Shown in pieces: positions 26,066-40,771 of a DNA stretch of 64,000 bases. The notes under the pieces were generated by a model. That model saw only the letters and a list, made by a program, of their open reading frames with translations. It searched no databases and was not told the origin of the DNA. The DNA is taken from contig OX597818.1 of the NCBI GenBank assembly GCA_951406725.2, forward strand, positions 77,438,001-77,502,000. The letters are read 5' to 3'. Both the position numbers and the translations under genes were made by a program. Positions within the stretch are counted from its first letter, which is position 1. The number at the start of each line of letters is the position of its first letter. The stretch is from Octopus vulgaris (taxonomy: Eukaryota).

Positions 26066-27818
26066 GTAATTTGGTTTATTTAAATATATTGATTATATGT
26101 TATTTGTTTGTGTATTCATTTATTATTTTTCATTTACTGTTTCTTAAAAAAAAAAAAGTTTTATGAATGTAAGGCTCAGTTGTTTTCTGGATACCTCAAT
26201 AAGTTTAGATGGAGATCTTTTTCAGCTACCAGTTTGTATCTTTTCCAAAGATCTGGGTTATCAGAATGAAAGAATGTTACATGAGTGCAGTCTATTTTCG
26301 AAGGCAGCCATCCAGGAAAGAAATGTGAACAGATAGAAGTGTTGTTACTGGCTATATTTAATGACTAAGAAGTGGTAGCTTTAACTTGAATTGTGTTCTG
26401 TGATGGTGTGAGCAACTAGAGTTTGTGAAGCAAACAAAGAAAGTATTTTTGTGCAGAAAATAGGAATACATTGGTTAAAAATATAAAGAAAAGATATATT
26501 ACTCTCCACATTAAGGCTGTCTTTGTTTAGGTATTTACACATTTATAAGTTCCACTTGTTTAATACCTATAATAACCATCTTCAACAGTGCTCGTAATAT
26601 TTTATATTCTCCTTGCCTTCTATCACATGATGTTAAGCATGTTAATGTGCATTTTTTTAATGGTGATTGTGTGGGGCAAGCATACTGTGTGTTGCAGAAG
26701 TTTGCTTTGCAACCTTCAAACCCAGCTTCTACTGAACAATCTCTGTCCCAGCACCTATCAAATCATCCAACCACTGTCTTAATCATGACTACGTACTATG
26801 CATCAATATGCTACACAATTCCTTCCATCACCTATTGGTCTCTTGGAGGCTGGAGGTCTGACTAGTTGGAGGTCTGCCAGTTCTTTGCTAAACTGTATCT
26901 GACAGCTAGAGACTACTTGGTGGGTTACTGACACACTCCTCCCAGACAATATCTCTCCACATAGCACTCTACCAAAATTCATAACTCTGCATTCCCCAAG
27001 TAGTCCATACATACCTGTGGTGCTGCAGCAGTTCAGGCAGTGAACACAACCTGCAATTCTTTTAGGAAGTCATCTCTATAGACTGGATGATTTGTACCCA
27101 CTACTTACTCTACCAACTTGGTAGTATTCGTCTTCCTGTCAGTTCTCAACCATATTGGATCTGGAAATAGTATTATCATGAAGAAAGCCTCCACCTCCAC
27201 TAGCCATTTTACTTGCACTCCACATTGTACACACTGAATAATACAGTCAGACTCCATTCCTCAGTCACTCTGCATTCTACAGTTACTCTCCACCTCTATC
27301 AGACTCTCTGTTGTGTACATATACATACCTGAGATAAAAGCATTTTTCATTGCTAAAATCGAACAAGTCTAAGCCTACCTTCATCTTTTGCACCCAAGTG
27401 TTATCCATATGCAACCTAGACACTGCAGTCTGACCCTACATGGACTCCATAAACAGAGAACATACCAGCTCCTTCATCCAGGTGGGGGTGGTGGTGGTGG
27501 TGGTAAAAAAAATGCATGTGGTTCTAGGTTTGATTTAATTGTCCTGCATCTTGAGCAAGTGTTCTCTACTATAACTTTGGTTTGACCAATGCCTTAACAA
27601 GCTATATGGTGACCTGAATAGTGCTGGTGACGAGAAAAAATCACCCAGTACACATTATATAGTGGTTGGTTTTAGGAAGGGCATCCAGCTGCAGAAAATG
27701 TATGTCAAAGCAGACACTGGAGTATGATGCAGTCCTTGACTCATTGGATCTAATCAAACCATTCAACCCATGCCAGCATGGAACATGGACATTAAATGAT
27801 GATGATAGCATGTGTGTA

Positions 27819-27861
<43 letters not shown>

Positions 27862-28354
27862 GAACGCACATTTAACTCCACACACACAACCCCACGTACA
27901 CACATGCACACACTATACACAAAACACATACAACATATACATACACACACATACACGTGCACGCACAATTCAACTGCCAGTCAAACACCTTTCTACTGAC
28001 CATTCCTCTATGCACATGTGAATAGACACCCAACTACACAAAGGACCATCACTCCTGTTATCATGCTGCTGAATTCTTCCTACAATATTAAGAGACACAA
28101 GGTTAACTCATACATACACATATAAATAGTCAACACCACACAAATGCCACACACATACACACACACTATTACACACACATATAGACTTGCATGCATGCAT
28201 GCACATACCCACACATACCGCCTTCTCTTACACTCTCCTGTCTTAGAAAGAACTTTTTCTTCCCATTCCTTTCTGGTCATTTCAAAATGTAAGCACATGT
28301 GAATCGTTGGCGACTTTTTTTCCTCCGCCTTCCTTTTCTATTGGGCTTTCCTCT

Positions 28355-28389
28355 GTTTTTGATGAAGAGCTTTGCTCGAAACGTAAAAC
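28355..28389 (+). ncRNA. Minimal type-I hammerhead motif (C3 replaced by U) within a probable Penelope-derived non-coding repeat (~28200-28460)
   Basis: GUUU-UUGAUGA-A-GAGC(UUU)GCUC-GAAA-CG-UA-AAAC: stems I and II perfect, palindromic ACGU stem III, GUA cleavage triplet. Confidence 0.75.
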
Positions 28390-29848
28390 CACATTTCTTT
28401 CCTTCCCTGAGTGTCTGCTAATACTTTACATGTACCACATCCTCACATTGTTGTTTTTTTTTTTGGTGTTTGTTCTTCGTTTTTTTTTTTTTTTTTTACT
28501 ACATACATATATAGAGGGGCAGGTGTGGCTGTATAGTAAAAAACTTGCTTCCCCACCACATGGTTCTGGGTTCAATCACACTGCATGGCACCTTGAGCAA
28601 TTGTCTTCTACTATAACCTTGGGCCAACCACAGCCTTGTGAGTGGATTTGGTAATTGAAAACTGAAAGAATCTCATTGTATATATATGTGTGTGTGTGTA
28701 TCTTTATGTTTGTTCCTCCTCCACACCACTTGACAACCAGTGCTGGTGTGTTTACATCCCTGTAACTTTGCACTTTGGCAAAAGGAACTGATAGAATAAA
28801 TATTAGGCTTTAAAAATGTTAAGTTCAGGGGTCGATAGATTTGACTAAAAATTCTTTGAGACAGTTTCCCAGCATGGTCACAGTCTAATGGCTGAAGCAA
28901 GTATATATCTTGCATATATGTATGCTAAATATATTCCAAAAAGACAAGGGTTTAGAGAATAAATATTGCACTGCAATGTATAGAATCAGTTTTATAGCTG
29001 TGAGAGCATTTTAATGAACTTGAGTGTCTTGACACCGCTAGTTATGTAATGTACACACTTAAATATTGAGTGCACTATCACTGCTACATGTTACATACTT
29101 GGCAAAGAGTATGTAATAATGAACTTGCCTATAGTGACCCACTGGTGAAGTACTAGAGTTTAAAGGTTTTGTAGTGGGCACTAGTTCTTGATTGGGGAAT
29201 ACAAATCTGAATAAATGTTGTACGATGACAAACAGCCGACTGTAAATGGGTAAAGAAAACCAGTTCTCTGGAGTTAAAGCTTTGTAGATTTTCTAATGCT
29301 CTTATGAACCTACTTGATTCAACATCCTATTATGTTGTACTAAAGATATTTTGTGATTCATTCTCTTTGATAGTAAGCAATATAACTAGTGGTGTTTCAG
29401 TCAAAAACCAGGAATAGTTATGTCTAATTGATGAGCACAGTAAGTGATTGATTGTATATCAATATAGTTGTTTTGGACAAGCAGGAAAAATGCAAATCCA
29501 AAGCAACCATATCATTAGACAGTAGATCAATTATTGCTTCTATCAATCTAATGAATATATTGATATTTGTCAAGGGGAATTATGAAGGAGTCCCATTTAA
29601 AGTGTAAAGTATAAATCTGATGATATAAATCATGCTAAATGCTGAAATTGTTTCCTAAAAGCATAAATATGAGATGTAGAGCAGTGATGTTATAGCTTGC
29701 TGTGATGCAGACCTAGAAAAGAAAAAAAACTGATTTAGGTATATTAATACTTGACCTATTTGAGGTGCAAAAGCTACCATTTGTTGCTGGTGCTTCATAA
29801 ATAGTTCAAAATAAGGAATCAGCAATATGTAACTTTCTTAAAGGAGTT

Positions 29849-29883
<35 letters not shown>

Positions 29884-30567
29884 CGCGTGCGCGCACACAC
29901 ACACATACATGTGTATATATGCATTTGTGTATGTATATATATATCATCATCATTATTGTTTAACTTGTGTCTTCCATGCATGCATGAGAAGAATGGTTGA
30001 CAGGAGCCGGCCAGGTAGAAGACTACCCTAGGCTACTGTGTCTGTTTTAGCAGGGTTTTTATGGTTGGACGCCCTTCTTAACATCAACCACTCTGCAAAG
30101 TGGAATTAGTGTTTTATATATGTGTGTACATATATATGCTTATATATAAATGTCTATCTATTTATTTCGGTCATTAGACTGCAGCCATGCTGGAGTGCTG
30201 CCTTGAGGAATTTTAGTTGAGCTAATCAACCCCAGTACTTTTTTTCCTTTTAAGCCTGGTTCTTATTCTATCGCACTCTTTTGTCAGACTGCTACATTAT
30301 GGGGATGTAAACAAACCAACACTGATTGATAGTTAGTGGTGAGAGAAAGACACACACACACACTCAATCTCTCTCTCTCTCTCAGACACACACACGCGCA
30401 CACTGGTCTTCTTTCAGTTTCTGCCTACAAAATCAATTCACAAGGCTTTGGTTGGCCCGAGGCTATAGTAGAAGATACTTGCCCAAGCTGCCATACAGTG
30501 GGATTGAACCTGGAATCATGTGGTTGGGAAGCAAGCTTTTTACCACATAGCCACACCTGTGCCTATA

Positions 30568-30826
30568 TATGAGGTGGTATCAAAAGGTTCCCACAATAGC
30601 ATGCCAACAGATGGCAGCACATGATTGTGTGTGCAGTGAGAGCTAGCAGTGTCCTTCATGAGGCAGTATGCCAAGTGACATCACTGTGTTTACTTCACAA
30701 GTTGTGAAATTATGTTTTTGTAACCATGTGTATGATGTAGCTTGCGATTTTGTCATGGACAGGAAGTTGGAACAAAGAGCCAGTGTGAAATTTTGCATTA
30801 AGCTTGGAAAGTCTGCTTCAGAGACA
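30568..30826 (+). mobile_element. mariner transposon 5' fragment with transposase N-terminus
   Basis: Starts TA-TGAGGTGGTATCAAAA; encodes MDRKLEQRASVKFCIKLGKSASET (mariner HTH start EQR..IKFC..LGK.A.ET). Confidence 0.85.
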
Positions 30827-32137
30827 TTTGTCCAAGGTGCTATTCAGTGGGACTGAACTCAATCATGTGGCTGAGAAGCAAGCTTCTTACCATACAGCCA
30901 CACTTATATATATATATATCTTACCATCTTCCATTTCTTTCTATATATCAAATTTACACACAAAGCTTTAGTTGTCTCAGGGCTATTGTAGAAGACTCTT
31001 CTTGCTTAAGGTGCTGTGCAGTGTGACCAAACACAAAGCCTTGTGATTGTAAATCAAGCAACAACAGCCATGCCTGTGCATCTAAACTTTAGTGAAAGTT
31101 TTATATTTCAAATAATTAGATTGGAAATCTATTTATACCAAATATGTTCAATAAATATATGTATTCTAAATTAATGATGGGATTTTATAAGTAGTAGTCA
31201 AAAAATATTTTCCTTCACCCTCACAATTAAATATGCAAAGATTATTTTATATATTTTCAATAAAATATCTGGCAGAATTCCATTAAGGTGGGACAGTTTC
31301 ATAGAATGTTCAGGAATAGTATCAGGCATTAGTTTTTTTCCTTTGTCTTTTTTGTTTCAATCCATAGTTTCTTTGTATAAATTATTAATAAGAAATTAGC
31401 ACTACACTGTTATCATTGTTTAATGTCTGTTTTCCATGCTATCATAGGTTTGATGGTTTTGATAGAATCTGGAGACTTGTAGGGCTGCATCAAGCTCCAG
31501 TGTCTGCTATGGCATGGCTTTTACATCTGGTTGCCCTTCTTAATGCACCCATTTTATAATTATCTCCACTTAAATGTGGATGTTGTGTTAGAACAAGCTA
31601 TACTGCAATAGATACCATGAGAGAAACTCTCTTGGTAGCTTTTGATGCAAAATGTACTCTTGTTTGTATTGCTAATGGGGAGATAAATCCCTGCCACCTT
31701 CAGTGCTGAGACCACTATTTTATATTGTGCACTGGGTGCTTCATTTGTGCCATCAGCATTTGTGAGGTTACCAACTAAGTTGCGAGATAGAAAAAAAATG
31801 AGGGAATGGGGAGAAAAGGAAAAGTGGGGAGCATAACTAAGTTGGGGTGGTGGTGAGAGGAAAGTGGCTTTATGTACATATTTATAAAATTAGGATATTA
31901 TTCCTCAAATTAATTGTCATATTTTGTCTCTCTTTCTAAAACCTTCTCCCCTTAAATTTGTGATGATGGTGATGTTCCCATGTTAGAAGCAATCGTTGTT
32001 ATTATTTTCACTGAGGTCAACATTGCCTTTCATCCTTTTGGAGTCGATAAATTAAGTACCAGTGAAACACTGGGGTCAATGTAATCGATTAGTACCCTCC
32101 CACCAAATTTTAGGCCTTTGCCCCTTTAGTAGAAAGG

Positions 32138-32194
<57 letters not shown>

Positions 32195-32990
32195 GAGCAA
32201 GAGGACAGCACACACCCTCAAAATGATGCTGGGGTACAAATATATGAAGCCCAATATACCCCTCATGACAATGATATGTGCACTAGATAAATGGGGCATG
32301 ACTTTGCAGGTGGGACACATAATTTTCTTCAGGTTGAGTAGCCCATCCGCTTTAAAGGTCCTTAAATAAAAGTTCTTTAAGATGATGAATGAAACACCCA
32401 TGTTTCCTGGGGTGAATCATTCAAACCCTAAAGTGTCACTCTCAATACATGGCCATGATTCTCCTCAACAATATCTGATACTTCCAACATCTGATGCCAA
32501 GTTTTTGTGTTCTTTGAGATAGTTTTGTGTGCACCTCTCACAACAGGTTTCACACTCACTTCAAATACCATTCTCATTTTCTATCTGAATTTCCCATTTT
32601 CTATCTTCATAATGTTCTGATCTGTAGGTACTTCTGTGTCCATGAAGATCCATTCTTTTATTCTTTTACACACTCTTTATATTCTTTAAATGCTCGACTT
32701 AATCATCATTGCTGTATCTGATTAATGATCTTCTTTTCATGTCTTTTTGTTTTATTTGTATACGTGTATAGCAGGGGATACAGTAAAACATCACTATAGT
32801 TAACGCTTGTTACCATGAAAGTGTTGCTTTCGTGTGCTGTTGAATTATAGATTCTTCTCCAAAATTTAATTCGATGAATCTCTGCCAATATTCAGTTGGC
32901 TGGTTAATTTGTTTTCAATATTAGTATAAGCGTAATTTGACCATCATTTCAATACTTGTCTCTTGTATAAAACACTTAAATCCACTCTCA
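32195..32990 (-). mobile_element. Degraded 3' part of a non-LTR retrotransposon (probably RLE class) ending in (AAT)n at 32138-32193
   Basis: Minus-strand Cys-rich remnant (ECETCCERC) followed by a UTR-like segment abutting a long (AAT)n tail; many stops. Confidence 0.5.
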
Positions 32991-34509
32991 ATTATCACCT
33001 TTTCTTCTGTTCAGTGTCAGTTCTCTGGACCTGTTGTCTAATGTTGAATCCTAGAATTTATGAATAATTCTTACTATTATCCATAAATTCAGGCTCTACA
33101 AATTTCTGTTCATGATTTAAATTTATTGATTAGAAACTATTTATATTGCTGACTAGCAACAACAATGATTAACATATTCCCACTTAGTGTTCTACAAGAA
33201 TGTATTAAGAAAGATTATGTGTATCATTATTTAGATTTTCACTGTTCACCATCATCATCATCGTTTAATGTCCACCTTTCATGCTGGGTTGGATGGTTTG
33301 ACAGAAGCCTGCACCAGACTTCTGTGTCTGTTTTGGCAGGGTTTTTATGGCTGGATGCCCTTCATCACACCAACCACCCAGCAGAGTTAACTGAGTGCTT
33401 TTTACATGGCACAAGCACAGGCAAAGCCGGTTTTGGCAAGGTTTTTACAGTTGGATGCCCTTCCAAATGCCAACCACTTTACAGTTTGGACTGGATGTTT
33501 TTTTACGTGACATATGTGTGACAATTTATTATTGGTTTTGATAGCCATCAGCATACATCAGCAAATAATTTGTCTGTTGATTTTTATAAACAAGAGCCAC
33601 AATTGCTGTTTGGATTCATTGGTACAAGGTAGCTTTGATCAAAGAGATACAACCAAGTTGAAACACTACGTGTCTTAAAGTCCCCTTACCTCAATGAATC
33701 GAGTGTGTTGTGAATACATATTTGTCCAAAAGGTGAAGTTCTCCAGAGACAAAATACATGTTCAAATCAGCCAGAGAGAATTAAGAATGACTTGGTTTTT
33801 GCTGTTCTCCATATATGTTATGATTTATTAAACTATTTCTTTTGGAGAGAAAAGGGAGGTTTTTATTGTGATATTCTATAACTCTGGTGTTTTAAAGATG
33901 TCTAACCTAGTAACCTAGTTTAAGTCTTGTCAGCTGTCTTTTTGGTTTAAGTTTGGTGTATTTCCTAGGTTTCTGTTTACACTGCACATTTATTGCACTA
34001 TGCTGCTACATGATTCCATATTCATTGCTTACTTGTACCAAACATCCAGTGCACCAACCTGATATGTCTGTTGCACATCCATTGCATTTGTTCAACAACA
34101 TTACACCATTCCTGTGTTTGCACTCACCATCTATTCTGGTTTAGAAGTTCACTTTGCACTCATGTTTGTTTCCGATTCAATCCTATAGCGTAGCAACTTG
34201 GCTTAATCAATTAACTTGTGAATGGAAACTGTGCACTCTCATTGCTGCATTTGTACTGTGCACCTACTCCATCAACCCTATATATCCATCACATCAACAC
34301 CCTGGTCATAGTCTTTCTCCACTATACCAACATCAATCAGATTCATACTTCACATCCACCACTCCAACTCATACTCCACAGCCATCACACCAACACTCAT
34401 ACTCTACTGCAGTTCACTGCAGTTATGTGGTTCCAAATTTAATTCCATTGCATGGCACCCTGTGTTAACCATTATCTTGTAAATGGAACCTGTGTGGAAG
34501 TCCATATGT

Positions 34510-34528
34510 GTATTCATACTTACATATG

Positions 34529-34618
<90 letters not shown>

Positions 34619-34698
34619 TGTATGTATGTATGTATGTATGTGTGTGTGTCTATGTATCTGTGCGTATGTATATATATATATATATATGTGTGTGTGTA

Positions 34699-34745
<47 letters not shown>
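34510..34745. repeat. Compound microsatellite (TA)n/(CA)n/(TATG)n/(GA)n
   Basis: Seen directly. Many similar tracts, e.g. 1250-1520, 2514-2615, 7400-7472, 40710-40770, and CAT/CAC repeats at 42050-42277. Confidence 0.95.
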
Positions 34746-35316
34746 TAATATAATGTATTTGTGTATATTTCACTTATTTACATTGGTGAAAGATATATCT
34801 GAAAAACAAAAAAATCCCAATAAAGTGTACTTTCTAAAGAGGCGTTCTTGTGATATTTGTTCTGTCTGAGTTGCACTGTCCCACCCTTGTCTCTTTCATA
34901 GTGGTAAATTCAATGATTCAGTGATTGCTATGTTGGGCACTATTATTTACAAGCTATCATATAAAATAAATAAATAACTGCACATATGCTGCACCAACCT
35001 TCTCTTTCTATGGCACCCATTGCACCAAGTTTGTTTTATTATGTTGTGATGGTATGTCGCTTAGTGATTGGATTGTTCTTGATCAAAAGGATATGGGTTC
35101 CAATTTTGGACCAGACAGCATCTTGTACCTTTGAGCAAGGCACTTCAGCTCATTATACTTCAGTCTACTTGACTGTAATGAATATTATCCAAGTGCTGCT
35201 TATAGCTGTAACATTTTGGATGTTCCACTGGTTTAGAGCAGTTAAGTAGGACAAGAAATTGTCTATGCCTGCACATTACTACATGGGCACCTAAAGCAAG
35301 TCTTTTTATCCTAATA

Positions 35317-35552
35317 TAGTGATGCTCAACCTCCTTTTACTTATGGTCCCCGTTTGATTCCTATTTTATTCTACTGAACCCTCATAGCCATTCAATGTTT
35401 AAAAAAACCCTATTGATTTTTATAATGAAATATTATTGGAAATTCTATAAAAAAATTGTTAAAATATTTTTTGTATTGTTGAAGTATAAGCAACTAATTG
35501 CACATCAAACTTAACAAGAAAATGTTAAATGGACCCCAGTTGAGAACCACTG
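35317..35552. mobile_element. hAT-type MITE with 8-bp TSD
   Basis: TIRs TAGTGATGCTCAAC / GTTGAGAACCACTG; flanks TCCTAATA / TTCTAATA. Confidence 0.85.
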
Positions 35553-37536
35553 TTCTAATACCTTCTTTCCTCAAACTGCTTCTCCCTAGAGCTCACTACG
35601 GTCACTTTGTTTTCCTATGGTCTGTGATATTTAGTCTTTTAAGCTTTTTGTCACTCAGCACCTTTTGAATTTGTAGGCCCTCATTTCTTACTTGTCCCTT
35701 TTGCTACAGTGGCCTCAAACCTTGTTTGGGGTATAGTCGTATTTAAAAGCAAAAAACCCAAAATATGGCACATGTTATTAATCCATACTTATTTTCAAGT
35801 GATGGCTGTACTATATTCTTTTATTCTTTCACTTGTTTCAGTCATTTGACAGCGGCCATGCTGGGGCACTGCTTTGAAGAATTTCAGTCAAAAGAATTGA
35901 CCTCAGTACTTATTTTGTTAAGCCTGGTACTTATTGGTCTCTTTTGCTGAACTGCTAAATTATGCTGATATAAACATAGCAACCCCGGTTGTTAAGCGGG
36001 GACAAGCATACACGTACACACCCACCCACACACACGCATTTTCTTTCTCTCTCACACATGTACACACACACACACACACACACATCTTTCAGTTTCTGTC
36101 TAGCAAATCCACTCATAAGGCTTTGGTCAGCCTGAGGCTTTAGTAGAAGACACTTGCTCAAGGTGCCATGCAGTGGGAGTGAATGTGGAACCATATGGTT
36201 GGGAAGCAAACTTCTTACCATGCAGCCATGCCTGCACCTATGGCTGTACTATACTTAACTTTTTGTATTTTACTTGTTTTAATCCACTCCTTAATTTTCA
36301 AAATTAAATGTTTATTATACATCACAGCTTATGTAATGGAAGGCAAAGGTTGTGTTTATCTTTTTTTATCAGTAAGTTTGAGAAGTAAATCTTGGAAGTT
36401 TACCGTAACAGTACTGAAGTTGAATGTTTGTGTAACATCTGCCATCTTCAGTTTTAACTTGAGTCTTCTGATAGTCTAAAACATCTCCTCTCCACCTCTA
36501 AAACATCTCCTCTCCACCTTTCCTTGAGCTCTAAGACTCAAAAAGCTAGGGACCTGGTTTCCATGGTGTATAAATGAGTGAGATCACAGCATTTCCTCTG
36601 AACAGGATTGCAGAGCGTGGCCAGCAATTTTAAGGGGAGAGGGACGAGTCAGTTACATCAACCTCAGTACATGACTGGTACTTGATTTCATCAACCTTGA
36701 ACTCAGAATTTAAAGTGTTGGAAGAAATACCACTAAGCATTTTGTCCAACACACTAATGATTGTGCTTGCTTGCTGCCTTAATATTACAATGTAGAAGGG
36801 TCTAAAGGCCTGAAAGAATGGAATATATCTTGGATAGTAGAATACAAGACCATAGTTTATTCATTCACTGTTATTTAATGTCCACTTTTCCATTCTTGCA
36901 TGGATCAAGCAGAATTTGTTGAGGCAGCTTTTCTACTGCTGGAGACCCTTCCTGTTGCCAACCCTCACCTATTTTCAGGCAAGGTAATATTTCATCATCA
37001 GCAGACATATTTTTCATGGAAGACTGGAAACACACAACCTCTCTTGTATGATGGTGATGCTTATTTACAACCGTCATATAATGTGCAGACGAGTACATGC
37101 ACATACATACACTCAAACACACACATGCGCACGCATACACACATGTGGAGAGCTTTTTTCAATTTCTGTCTACCAAATCCACTCATGAGGCTTTGGTGTA
37201 GTATAGCTCTATTGTTTAATACAATGCAAATTAATAAGGCAGCAAGCTGGTAGAATTGTTAGCACATCAGGCAAAATGCTTAGCAACATTTTGCCCGTCT
37301 TTATGTTCTGAGTTCAAATTCAACTATGGTCAACTTCACCCTTCATCCTTTCAGGGTCAATAAGTACCAGTTGAGCACTGGGTGGATTGAATTACTCCTC
37401 CCCTGCAATTGCTGGCCTTGTGCTAAATTAGAAACCAATATTGTATAAATTAATACTATCTAGAAATCTTGGCAGTTCTATTTCTTTCTGTTAAATTCTT
37501 CTGTCTACTGATCAGTTGGGTTTGTGCTATTCTTTG

Positions 37537-37567
37537 CTGATGAGGTCCATTAAGATTGAAACATGTC
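37537..37567 (+). ncRNA. Minimal hammerhead core (canonical C3:G8), stem I not supported
   Basis: CUGAUGA-GGUC(CAUUAA)GAUU-GAAA-CAUG-UC; palindromic ACAUGU stem III, GUC triplet; flanks pair for only 1 bp. Confidence 0.6.
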
Positions 37568-38455
37568 CTTTGCTGTCACTGTCTTTGCTAACAAAGATAG
37601 ATTTTTCTCTTAAATAAAAGCAATAGTTCTTGAATAAAAAGAAATTAATTCTTAATATCTTAGAATCTCTCCATGTTTTTCTTTGGGGGTCACTAACAAA
37701 TGGTGTTAGGCTTTTTTTTCTTCCAACTAAAAGTTCTCTCCAATCTACACCTACTTGATTTATTGTAATGCATGCCAATGGGTTATTTACTTAATGTTCA
37801 GTGCTTGTTTCAGTTATTTCCTTTAGTCCAATGTTGTTTAAAAATATTCTTTATGTGGCCTTGTATTTAAGATTGCTTTTTGACAAGAAATCAGATAGTA
37901 TTGGTGATACTATTAAAAGTTAACATCCAAGGACATATTAAACTTTTATTCTACTTCTCTTTTGTGAAACATCAGAAGGAAAAAAAGGTAAACAAAAATT
38001 GGAATGGTTAATAACTTTATTATGGAATATTTACAGTCTTCTAAATTCATGGTGCAAGTGTGGTTATGTGTCTAAGAAGCTTGCTTCTGAACTTTGTGAG
38101 TAGATTTAGTGGAATGAAACTGAAAGAAGTCCATTATTTTATGTATGTGTATATTCATGCTTGATATTACATGATGGTTGTAAATGAGATGTGATCATTA
38201 TGCAAGTGACGTTGTTCATTTCTAGTTTTCCCTGAAATATATCTGACCATAGAGAAATGTTACCTTGCTTGGAAACAGGTGAAGATTAGTGACAAAAAGG
38301 GTATCCAGTTATATTGGAAGATCTGCCTAAACAAATTAAAGTAGAAATGGCTTCAAATCCTTTCCGCCTTTATTTTTCAGAATGCAAATAGCTGAAATAT
38401 ATTTCATACATATAAACTCCCCACCCTCAGCATCAACTCTAAAATTTGTCTTGTG

Positions 38456-38801
38456 CAGTGGTTCCCAATAATTTTTTATCTGCGGACCCCTATGATTACT
38501 ATTTTATTCTAGTGGACCCTCCCCCCGCATAGCCATTTGATGTTTACAAACTAGATTCATAGATACTTCTTTCAAAATTCTTATTTTCTTTTTCAAACAT
38601 TCACTTGTGTAGTTTGAACTAAGCAAAATGTTAGAGAAAAAAACCTAGCTGTTTCTTGCAATAAATACATCTAAAGCAAAATCTTTTCATGGACCCCTAA
38701 ATACTACCTAGGCTCTCTAATTTACTATTCTGCTTGAATGGACATCCCAAAATCTTATATGGACCCTCAGGGGTAGTATAGATCCTAGTTGAGAATCACT
38801 G
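38456..38801. mobile_element. hAT-type MITE (related partial copy ending at 40014)
   Basis: TIRs CAGTGGTTCCCAA / TTGAGAATCACTG; 8-bp flanks GTCTTGTG / GTCTCATG, both derivable from GTCTCGTG by CpG decay. Confidence 0.85.
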
Positions 38802-39125
38802 GTCTCATGCTTTAAAATGAACCAACTGCTTGATGCTTTTTCAGTGTAAAGCATATAAAGGCATTGTACTGGTTTAACACCATATATTTAATGCTAATCT
38901 TGAAAAATTATCTTTTCCCTTTTTCAGTCATTTTACTGTGGCCATGCTGGGGCACCGCCTTGAAGGGTTTTAGTCAGACAAATAGACCCCAGGACTTTTT
39001 TTTAAACCTAGTATTTATTCTATTGATCCCTTTATGGGGATGTAAACACACCAACACCAGTTTTCAAACAGTTATGGGAGACATACACAAAGACACACAC
39101 ACACAATGAACTTCTTTCAGTTTCT

Positions 39126-39351
39126 TATTTCTTTACTGCCCCCAGGGGGCTAAACATAGAGGGGACAAACAGAGACAAAGAGATTAAGTCGATTACATTG
39201 ACCGCAGGGCGTAACTGGTATTTATTTAATCGACCCCGAAAGGATGAAAGGCAAAGTTGACCTCGGCAGAATTTGAACTCAGAACATAATGACAGACGAA
39301 ATACTGCTAAGCATTTTGCCCGGCGTGCTAATGTTTCTGCCAGCTTGCCGA
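39126..39351 (-). mobile_element. Young SINE family 2 copy nested in a family 1 SINE (~38915-39508, minus)
   Basis: CpG-retaining copy interrupting ctttcagtttct|gtctacc with a duplicated tttca.tttct flank. Confidence 0.8.
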
Positions 39352-40704
39352 CTTTTTTCAATTTCTGTCTACCAAATCTACTTGCAAGGCTTTGGTCAAC
39401 CCAGGGTTATTAGTAGAAGACACTTGCCCAATGTGCCATGCAGTGGGACTGAACATGGAACCATGTCGTTGAGAAGCAAGCTTCTTACCACACAGCCATG
39501 CCTATGCCTACAATTAGAAAACTATTTCTTAAGGTGGTTGGCTTGTTACTCATTGGTGATCCATCTATAGTAAGTTCACTGCTTGGGCACACTAGGGACC
39601 CAATTCTACTCTATATATACTCTGGATTGCTGTAAATAAATAAGCGCTATAGGACTCAGTGCATTGGTTTGCCGGGTGACCTCATGGATCTAGGGACCCA
39701 ATTATGATATATGTATATTGTGTTTTGTCGTTGTTGTCATTATCATCATTTTGACATGGACTATTTTTTTGAGCATCTCTCCACATGGCTCTTGGGGGTT
39801 TGCATAAGATGTAGCTGTTAGAATTTATGTGCAATAAATTGGTATAATTCCACAATACACAAAATATTTTAATGTTTTTTTATGCACTTCCTAATAATAT
39901 TTAATTATAAAGATAATAATGGGACTTTTTTAAATATCAAATGCTTATTAGGGTCCAGTAGAGTAAAATAGGAATCAAGGGGTCCATAGGCAAAAAAATG
40001 GTTGAGAACCACTGATTTGAACTTCAATCCTTTAGATTACTGTCAAATGTAATGCTTCTTTTTTCACATTGTTTTGAATTAATCATGTATTACATTGTAG
40101 CTTTGTGATTTCAATGATGCAATTGCATATTTTAATTATGACATTGTTGGGTGGGTATGAGAGGCCAGATTTGACCAGTTTGGTAAACTTTAATGGTAAA
40201 GGGTTAAAGTCACTTCAAATGCTCCTCAGAATGTTGTGGCTTGCTCTCACTCACTAAATACTATGAACTAAGTGTATTCATTAGCCTGGGAGCCTATAAT
40301 GCTGCTAAGATGACCCTGAGTAAGTTGTATCTAAATTTAAACTACCTTTATAGATTTCTTAGTACATCAACTGAGAACAAACCCAGTGTTGACCCACCCA
40401 CATAAACGAGAGCAGACAGCATTACATTACATGTCAAAGAAAATTAAAATAAAAACACAACAAAAATGGAGAAAACAACAACAGCAAAAATAATACATGA
40501 TCCCATGACAATGCTCTACTGTGATGTAAACTATAATTACTTTAACCTAAAGAACTGTGCAAGGGCTGTTTCAACTGAGGTCATTTGTGTATGATGGGTA
40601 GGAGCTTAGAATTGTATTAAAGGAGGTTGTTGAAATTGTTTCATTTGAAATGAACAAAATTGTAAAATAGTGCAGTAACAATTAGTAAAAGTATGCATGC
40701 CCAT

Positions 40705-40771
<67 letters not shown>

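Noticed and set aside
25984-26166. 60-aa ORF as a standalone PDZ gene
   Set aside because: Exon read-through: homology ends at the GT donor after 26065.
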